Shown: in pieces, positions 54,761 through 64,000 of the stretch | Layout of the letters: every line of letters begins with the position of its first letter | Numbering within the stretch: position 1 is the first letter of the stretch | Assembly: GCA_964016885.1 (NCBI GenBank) | Contig: OZ024741.1 | Span: forward strand, 97,154,001 to 97,218,000 | Direction: 5' to 3' | Length of the DNA: 64,000 bases | From: Eledone cirrhosa | Lineage: Eukaryota | The notes under the pieces: model-generated | Database searches by the model: none | What the model was told of the DNA's origin: nothing | Seen by the model: only the letters and a program-made list of their open reading frames with translations | Position numbers and translations under genes: made by a program

Positions 54761-56308
54761 GAAACAAACAATAATTATATAATTATTATAATGATAATAA
54801 TACAAATCCAACAACAGAAGAAAAACAATAATAAACAAAACAAATAAATAATAATTTTGAGGCTTCTTAAAATAATTCCTTCAAACAAACTATCGTTTTT
54901 AGTTTCTTAGATCAATGAATTACTTTATTCTGATGTATTATTGACATTCCATCTTTTTATAAATGTCTGATTATCTTTTTTATCCTGCATTTATTCTTCA
55001 CTTTCAGATATTTCTAGACATTATATTGTTTTTATAGTTTTCCCTGTCATTTATACACTAGTTGTGGTATTGAAATATCAAGGAAAGCAAAACGTTTATA
55101 AAATAGTGAGCTATACGAAACAAAACAAAAATGAACTAAACTAAATTAACAGTAAAAATTGATTGTCGATTCTAAGACTAATATGACTATCAACAATTTA
55201 TTATTACAGCCATGAATCCAACACATCGTACAAAACCAAAATAATATTTTATTTCTTTTGACAGACGAGGTGTTCAGAACCCGTATCATTCACTAATATA
55301 TGAGCATATGGAATCGCGTTCTCATCTTGGTTGTTCTTTTCACAATGTGAATAGCATTGTTCCTATTGACTAACCTTCACAAAATTAAAAACCAAAATAT
55401 TTATTGATTCCTCGTGTGTCGATTATGATGCTCATTCGTCTCTCCACATGAAGCTAAATATATATTTAGACATGCTGGCCCATATGGTTGAACTCACGCC
55501 TACCTTGTAAACTGCAACACTTAACACCTGACACTTCATGAAAGATTATACGTTCGATGAGATAGAAATTAGCAATTCAATTATCAATAAAAGAAAATAT
55601 ATGTTGTGTTCTTTCTCTTTACGGTAGGCCTACACAGTCGAGCATATGCGTGATTCGTTCTATTAATATGCATATAAATAAGTTCCGTTATGCGGAAGTT
55701 TAATACAGACACATATGCGTGTGTATACCTTTGAAATGTAAGCAAGATATATATTTGTGTGCCGTAGTATACGAAAACCTGAAATTATTCGTCTGTATAA
55801 TAAAGAATTATACGGTGTTCAATTATATATGTTATGCAAACGTAGGGACCCCAAAAAAAACCACAAAAAACTTCATATATATTAAAATATTTATTGAAGA
55901 ATGGTTTATTAAATATTCATGAACATAATACATATATTACAAGAGGGATTTCGAAAAAAAGAGAAACAGAAAGAGAGAGAGGAAGCGATATAGAGGGAAG
56001 TGAGATGGAAAGAAGAGAGATAATTTAGAAGTAGATAGAACTTGAAATAGTCATATTTTGGGATGATATTATCTTATAAAATCTACGTCTGAATAAAAAA
56101 AGACAGGATTATCATCGTTTAAAAATATCTAGAGGACATCGAAAACAAATCATCAGTAAATACTAAAGCAAGCCCCACTCCCAAGCATATACACAACATT
56201 TGGTTAAAATATATTTAAAGGCAATTACTATCAACGACACTCCAACTGATTCAGGGAAACAAACAGCTTGAACAGAGAAATAAAGTGGTTATTATTATAT
56301 GTCATAGA

Positions 56309-56503
56309 GCAGCGGAATGGCAGCATCGGTAGAGTGTCGGACAACATAATAAGTGGCATAGAAGTACAGCCATTTATATTCTGAATTCAAATCACGCCGA
56401 GGTTAGCTTTGCCTTTCATCATAAAATAAAGTACCAGTAATGCAATTGAATCAATTTAATCTACTTTCCCGTTGCTCCAAAATTGATGGCCTTGTGCAGA
56501 AGC
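56309..56503 (+). mobile_element. Diverged SINE with 17 bp TSD
   Basis: TSD TATTATTAT(A/G)TGTCATA at 56290-56306 and 56504-56520. Confidence 0.8.
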
Positions 56504-56609
56504 TATTATTATGTGTCATATACATATCCCAATGTAATACTTTATACTATTCGAACTGAAAGTCAGTGGCATGGCATCCAAAGGAACGAGTTGTGATTGT
56601 GAACATAAT

Positions 56610-56806
56610 GATTTTCAGTAATTTGTGGGGAGGGAAAAGTCGAATAAATCGATCCCATCATGTTACAGTGCTCTGTTTTATCGACCCCGTAGGGATGAAA
56701 GGCAAAGTTAACCGCGACGGGATTTGAACTCAGACCATAAAGGGCCGTAACTCTATGCTGCAAACATGGCGTTCAACCCTCTACCAATACTGCCAATCCA
56801 CCGCCG
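56610..56806 (-). mobile_element. SINE with ~19 bp TSD
   Basis: A and B boxes and core; TSD at 56591-56609 and 56808-56826. Confidence 0.88.
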
Positions 56807-57223
56807 TTTGTGATTGTGAATACAATACAAACAATATCTAGAATAAATAGTGTGGCATTTATATGAGTTTCGTAATGTATTATAACGCTCATCGGTAATC
56901 AAGTGGATCGTTTTCATGAAAACACGAGGAAGCTCCTCCCACTTATTTTTTCTTTTAATTTCTACCACTAAATTATGGGATCAAGTGAAATATCGGTAAT
57001 ATTTTTTCTGATATATCTTACCCTTAAATAATTCTTTTATTCATGAATTTCAGAATCGATTAACTGCATTAATATCATTGTTGTTATCATAGTTATTTTT
57101 GCTCCAGTCACTATTATTGCAGTGTCTGTTGATCTGTGAGTTGTTTTTGGTTTTATTTAAAATATCCTGCTAGCTATGAACTGCCTTCTTTACAACGTGC
57201 TTTCTCTCTCTCTCTCTCTCCCT

Positions 57224-57271
<48 letters not shown>

Positions 57272-57366
57272 TTCTCTCTCATATAATATATATATATACA
57301 TGTGTGTGTGTGCTGTGTGTGCATGTATCTATATGTTTGTATATATACATGTATGCGACACAAACA

Positions 57367-57406
<40 letters not shown>

Positions 57407-57728
57407 CACACACACACATGTATATATATATATATATATAAATATGTGTGTGGCGGTGTCTGTTGGTGTCGCATACATGTATATATATACAAACATATAT
57501 ATACATGCCCACACACACACACGCATATATATCATATTTTTTTAGTTGTTTGACCCGAATTACTTGGTCGTTTCTATGGTTGTGCGGATAATGGTTTAAC
57601 CATCGTCTGGCCTTTGTTTGGCCTTTTAACGTATGTTGTAGCTCTGGTTCGTTAGAATTATTGAGCGCTTGCCACATATCTCGGAAGTTGTTTTTCCAAA
57701 GCCGAAATACGATTCTCGGTAATTTATT

Positions 57729-57769
<41 letters not shown>

Positions 57770-57997
57770 CCAGACAAATAAGGATAAGAGTTTAGCTTGA
57801 GCGTGCTTCACACTCACGATAACACCCTGAGCTATCACTTAATATATTTCTCTGACTTGTCCCCCCCCACACACACACACACACACTCACATATCATCTC
57901 TCATTCTTGGAAATTTTATTGTCTTATTTTTCTTTTCTATTTTTTCTTATAAATTTCCTTCTCTATTTTACACTCGCCTTTTCTCCCTGTATCTCTC

Positions 57998-58045
<48 letters not shown>

Positions 58046-58074
58046 CTCTCCCTCTCTCTCTCTCTGCACACACA

Positions 58075-58183
58075 CATATATATATATATAATATATATAT
58101 ATAATATATATACATTATATATATATAATATATATATATATACATTATATATATATAATATATATATATATTATATATATATA

Positions 58184-58262
<79 letters not shown>

Positions 58263-58451
58263 ATATAAAATATATATATAGATATCGATATATATATATA
58301 TATAATATATATATACATAAATATATATGTATATATATATATATAAATATATATATTATATATATCTATATATATAAGTGCAGAGAGAGAGGGGGGTGAG
58401 AGAGACAGGGAGAGATAGAGGGAGAAAAGACTGCAAGTGTAAAATAGAGTG

Positions 58452-58491
<40 letters not shown>

Positions 58492-58524
58492 TATGTATAT
58501 ATATATATATAGAGAGAGAGAGAG

Positions 58525-58579
<55 letters not shown>

Positions 58580-58655
58580 TATATATGTATGCATATGTAT
58601 GTATATATATATACATGTATACATGTATATATATATATGTATATATATATATATT

Positions 58656-58705
<50 letters not shown>
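58075..58705. repeat. (TA)n/(GA)n compound microsatellite block
   Basis: Direct observation. Confidence 0.93.
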
Positions 58706-58710
<5 letters not shown>

Positions 58711-59820
58711 TAGCTATTTATTAGATTCATTACAACCCCCCCCCCCCCACACACACCCACCTTCAATTCCTGAAGAAGAAAAGATTGCAAAATTTACAAA
58801 GAAAGAAAATGAGATTATACAAAAACCTAAAAACAGATATCTGAAATATCGCCTGCTTTTAATCAATTTAATTCCAGCTGTTTCTATTGAAGACCTGCAT
58901 GTTGAATAGAAAACTGATAGTTGTAAAACTATAAAGTGTTAATCGAATGCCAAATGCTATTATTAGAATTGCTGACATGCAGTCGTGCGAATTGTATATT
59001 ATCGACAATCTGATCTCATTACAGGTTGTTTAGTTGATTGCTTCTCTGGATGGTTGAATTCCGGGAAGGTTTCTAATTTGTTGTGTTTTTTTCTATGACT
59101 GAGACTCAGACTCATACTTTATAACTTATTGGAAGGCCGCAGTCTGGGATGCGATCTAATTTGAGATCTATAACTGCAACTTTATAAGGGCTCTAAACGG
59201 ATCTATAAATGAATAACGTGGCTGGAGATTGAAAGCATTATAGGGATGTGAGTCATGGATAGAAAATTAATCCCGAAAATCAATTACTATATTTTGAGAT
59301 CAAAGACCCAAAAATAGGGCACGTTCATTTTTAGGGATTGGTTCAATAATTTTTTGCATACAATATTGTCTATATTCAGTGAAAATATTGTGAATGTTAT
59401 TTGTGATTAGGGCGTTAGGCTAGTCATTTTTTTGTTTGTTTGTTTGTTTCTAACTACTTCAGCACGTGTTGAATTTTTCTGCTTTCCTTTTATAGAAAAT
59501 TGCAGGTTTTCGTATGCGAAATTGTATATAAAGGTTTATTTGAATACTATCATTGTAAGTTGCGAGTTTGCTTTTTTTTTTTTATTTATCATATTACATT
59601 GTCAAGATTGTATGTATTACCTTAATTCACTAATAAAAAATGCAGCATTCACATAACGATCTCTGCCCGATTCCACCTTTTCTTCTCAACTGTAGCTAGC
59701 ATAACAATATTTTCATCCTAGAGATTTTAGGTGGACACTTTGCCCATAATTGCAGTCATATTTTTTTAACATGAATAACCCACATGTAAAAGAAAGAAAG
59801 GATGCAATAAAAGTGTGTGG

Positions 59821-59868
<48 letters not shown>

Positions 59869-59977
59869 TATATATATCCAGGGGGTGTAATGTGGAGTTA
59901 CTGTAGGCTCACCCAGGCGAGCACTCGATATTTAGGTTCACGTGGGTATCGAGGTGTAGAGCTAGACAGAGTGTAGT

Positions 59978-60197
59978 ATAATAAAACAAAGACGAATGTT
60001 AACTCCTTCATTACCCTTATTGGTTTGTGACGTGCGTTTCGCTATTGATCAGCTCAAAGTTCGATCTGTAACGACCCAGCCGACTCTGTAATCAATGGCT
60101 CGTCGGACCTCTGTTTTAGCACCACAGAGGACCGACGCGCATCACCAACTAATAAACGTAATGAAGGAGTAACCATTCGTCCTTGTTTTATTATTAT
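59978..60197. mobile_element. Small fold-back element enclosing a hammerhead
   Basis: Inverted arms at about 59978-60014 and 60158-60197. Confidence 0.75.
60027..60108 (-). ncRNA. Type I hammerhead, CCGACGA core, long stem II
   Basis: GU-CCGACGA-GCcAUUGAUUA...UGAUCAAUaGC-GAAA-CGCACG-UC-AC. Confidence 0.65.
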
Positions 60198-60249
60198 TTT
60201 TATTACATATATATAGATATACATATACAATAAGATAGCCATGGCTAAT

Positions 60250-62005
60250 ATGCCAAAGGTTTGCACATTAAAGGTTGACGTGAGGCTAAACAGTTACAAC
60301 ATTTGTACACGAACTGATGGTTTTGGAATAAATGAATCATGCCTTGACCGATAGGCTGCACTCCAATAATTGCGTGTGAGATGTATTCAGCATATTATTT
60401 ATTTGACTGAGATTTGCTTAATAATTCCTAATTTTCATAACAAAAATATGTCTGATTGACCAAGAAATGACGCACAAAATGACCACAAAGCTTCTCTTCT
60501 ACAAAACCAAATGACCAGGCAATCCAGGGTAAGGCAATAGAGAGGATGAAATCACTCACCCCTTGTACTCGACCCTTCATGAGTAAATTCCTTTCAATCC
60601 ATTTCACGAAATTGTCTGTCCCCTCAGCTTATCGCATCATCCCAATCCACCTCGAAATCTGGACCACTTACGCTGGTCACCGAGTAAACGTCACGAACAT
60701 TGCAGCGCTCCAGCCAGAAGACGGGGCGGAGATGGGTTGCCTATTGTAGAGTCATTAAGTAGTGATGATAGACCTTATGTAAAGGTTTTAAATTATTTAC
60801 CTTTATCTGTGCCATTTTCATACGCATCATTTTTATGATGCAATGCATAAGATTGAGGTTACTCTGGATAGATTTCTTCGGGATGGCGCATGATGCGTGT
60901 TTCTGGTCAGAGCGGCGAAGGCAAACGACAATCCTGTGGCTAAAATCATGGTCAAAATCCTAATTTCTGCATGTAGCAGATTTCTGGGCCGATAATTGTC
61001 GGAGAGTCCTCCCTATGCGGGTAATTTCTCAGCAGTGCCAACGCTTATCGGCCCCCAGACTTGGGGATTGCCTTGTTCCATTGAGAGGTGAGGTAGACTG
61101 TTGATCAGAGTAGCATAGAAGCATCAAAAACGTAGTGCAGACCATTTAAGCCAGCTGATGTTCTCCATTGCAGCCAGCCTTTATCTCCTGTATTTCTGTG
61201 GCAGTTATCGAATTTTCCTTACCTTTATTTCATTTCCGTTCAATCTGATGAATATTTGCTACTCATTATATATTTTCAACACCTCAGATTTGCCTGATGT
61301 CCCTTTAAATTTGATCCATTCATGCCCTCCTGTGCATCTAGCATTTCGTCATTATGCACCTGTCTAATGTTTTATTCTGTGTCCTGGAGATTATGTTCCG
61401 CCACAGGTTATCACATACTTTGGTCGACTTTTGATATGGAACACATGGCAACAGTTTCTTCGAATTTCATGTAATATATCTAGTCTCTCTCTAGTCTCCT
61501 TGACAAAAGATACATCTGTCATCAGTGTACTGTTAATGATTTCGTTATCAGCTGTGGTAGCGTCCTCTATTCTAATCTCATTAGTGACGGTGGTTTCATT
61601 GTTACACGTTGAAACGCCATTGTTTCTGTTTGTGCTGATGGTAGTAGAGATTGTGATGGTGGCTGTATTGTTGCTTTTTCGCTTCTGTTTTTATGGTTAT
61701 AATTACCTTTGCTAGGTATAATTACCTTTGCTTGGTCTATTATTTTATTTGTGCTGTTAATTATAATTTTTGACGTAAGTATGAGGAATCATAATTATTA
61801 TGGAAAAATAATCTTTCGGTTATTCCCATCACTGAGTAAACAAATTTGGTTGTTCAGGTGAAGGAATGAAAGACATCTATAAGGTCAGAATTTTTAAGGA
61901 CATACTATTTACGATCTTTGAGAAAAACTTGTACAAAAAAAAAATGTTTAGCAACGGTAAATAAATAGCAAAATTTAGAGCGATCTGAGACATATCGTAT
62001 AGAGA
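60250..62005 (-). mobile_element. Very old Tx1-like relic
   Basis: ITATEIQE..ALLRNYPHRGGLSDNYRPRNLLHAEIRILTMILA aligns with ALLRKDPNKGDNIDNFRPITLLNTEFKILAKVLA; 5'UTR-like and ORF1-like sequence at 61500-62005. Confidence 0.7.
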
Positions 62006-62010
62006 CTACC

Positions 62011-62058
<48 letters not shown>

Positions 62059-63399
62059 GATTATAATAATGCTAATAACCAATGATCTAACATTATATAT
62101 ATAAAGAGAGAGAGAGAGAGAGAGGGCGTGTTTCCGTGTGCATTTCTGTGTCTATGTGAAATGATTATATTTATTTCAATGATTCATCAAAATATTTCAG
62201 TTATCTTTGTGAACAATGTTGGAGTTTAAAAATATAATTTTCCTGTGACCTTTTGGAAAAATTCAAATAAAAACAAATTAATGCAACTATTGCTATAGCT
62301 TAAAAGAAAAGAAAATGAAAAAAAAAAAGAAGACACGAACGAAATATAAAAAGAATGTAAATTTGAACGAAAACAAACTATGTTGAGGAGAAGGAAAATA
62401 ATGTCTATACATAAAGTTATTAATGGTGTGGGTAGTTGTGTTGCGACATATTATGTCTGATCAGATTAACCGTGTTAAATGCAAATTATTTGTAAACAAA
62501 TAAATCACAAAAATGGAAATATCCTTCGAAAACCGTTTTTATTCGGGAAGAATATTGCTTGTGAAAAAAAAATTTTATAGAATAATTTGCATAAATTTAT
62601 GTATCACGATTTTCATGAATCAAATACAATTATTGCGTAGATAGCAGTAGATATTGTGTCTTTAAATATGGTTAAATACCATCATGATCATGTCTTTAGA
62701 AAATATTTGTTAAGTAACTTTCCTTTGAAGTATCTCTTTAATATTGATATTTCAGGAAGGAAGTAGCAATGCATGTTTGATAAAGAATATGTTATTTACT
62801 TCCTGCTGACATTTTCGAACTAAGATTCTAACATACAAAATACAAAGAAGTAGTGAAAGGAAAGCATTGTGTATATAACAAATTTCTCGTAAAAAATGTT
62901 GCCGCTAATTGAACATGATTTTATATGTCGAGGAAAATATTAATTATAGCTTATAGAATTAGAAAATTACGTAAAAGGTTATGTTATGATTTTAGGCTTG
63001 TTATTCTTTCGAAACTGTTTTCATTGGTTGTTTGAATGTATTTTCTTAGTAACCATGTCTCCTGTTATACTTGAATAAGATATAGTTATTTAAATTCATA
63101 CACCAACACTGATATTATATTATAATATAAATTATTAATATCATAATGGCAGAAAATGAACTGAAGTAAAAGTTTTATAGTAAAATATATTGACAAATAT
63201 ATGTGGTGTTTTCCTAAAAGTTACATTGGCTTGACATATGTATGAGGTCATTATTATTGAATACAATATTCTTTGATGGTGTACACAAACAAACAAAATC
63301 ATACATACAGAGAGACTCACACGCTGACACAAATACATGCATGTGTCAAAAAATATAACCCAAAAATGAAATTACCCTATAATGTCAGATATACACACA

Positions 63400-63607
63400 C
63401 ATATACACAAAAACAGATGCAGCGATCCCGCCAGTGGTGTCACTCATACCAAGCGATTCCTCGAGGTGCTGGAGACGAACGGGTACCCTACCTCGATCAC
63501 AGACAGAATAGGAGACACCAGACGCAAGAGACAGAGAAGCAACCAAGGCAAGTGCTTCCTTAAAATGCCACACCTGGGCGAGAAAACCACCAACGCTATC
63601 CGCAAGG
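63400..63607 (+). mobile_element. Penelope-like RT thumb fragment
   Basis: RCSD..LETNGYP..FLKMPHLG (NGYP motif). Confidence 0.6.
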
Positions 63608-63842
63608 TAACTCTCTCTCTTGTGTTGTTATTATTATTTTTATTCTTTTACTCTTCCATTCATTCTACACATCTCACACATCTTATACACACCACGCATC
63701 TCAACGTACACCCACTTACATATCTCTCTCTCCACCACCGGACCTTGTTACCCGGAGATTTACCCATTTGCATTGTCGAGGCTTCCAAACGACTTATAAA
63801 TATTTACTTATTGTTCCACAATGCTTCAAGCAAACTTCAATA

Positions 63843-63961
<119 letters not shown>

Positions 63962-64000
63962 ACACGGGTGATTGTGTATAGAAGATTATATTAATAAAAC

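Noticed and set aside
57655-57730. Possible hammerhead variant (..AAGCCGAAATAC..)
   Set aside because: First core strand and stems I and III are not consistent.
58766-58860. CTGAAGA-AGA...TCT-GAAA motif
   Set aside because: No stem III, NUH triplet or stem I pairing.
63740-63830. Minus-strand TTGAAG-CATTGT...ACAATG-CAAA hairpin after the PLE fragment
   Set aside because: Core too degenerate to call; may be a dead hammerhead.

Overview
AT-rich, microsatellite-saturated eukaryotic DNA. It is probably from a cephalopod (octopus-like); this is inferred only from the SINE type and repeat landscape. I see no intact host gene. The window is a retroelement graveyard with five components. (1) 1-11 kb is an array of non-LTR retrotransposons separated by (TTA)n tracts: two 5'-truncated Dong/R4-type REL elements on the minus strand, and a near full-length Tx1-clade APE-RT element plus a remnant on the plus strand. 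(2) There are four older Tx1-like relics and CR1-type, RTE-type and HERO-like fragments. (3) tRNA-derived Meta/MESC-type SINEs occur with 17-22 bp target-site duplications. (4) A dense set of Penelope-like (GIY-YIG) elements and non-coding fold-back elements sits mostly in (TA)n tracts, including a 3.9 kb palindrome. Together they carry over a dozen type I hammerhead-ribozyme-like motifs with canonical and variant cores. (5) Tentatively, there are decayed exons of an adhesion-GPCR-like pseudogene on the minus strand. All alignments and folds were done by eye; coordinates of degenerate elements are approximate.
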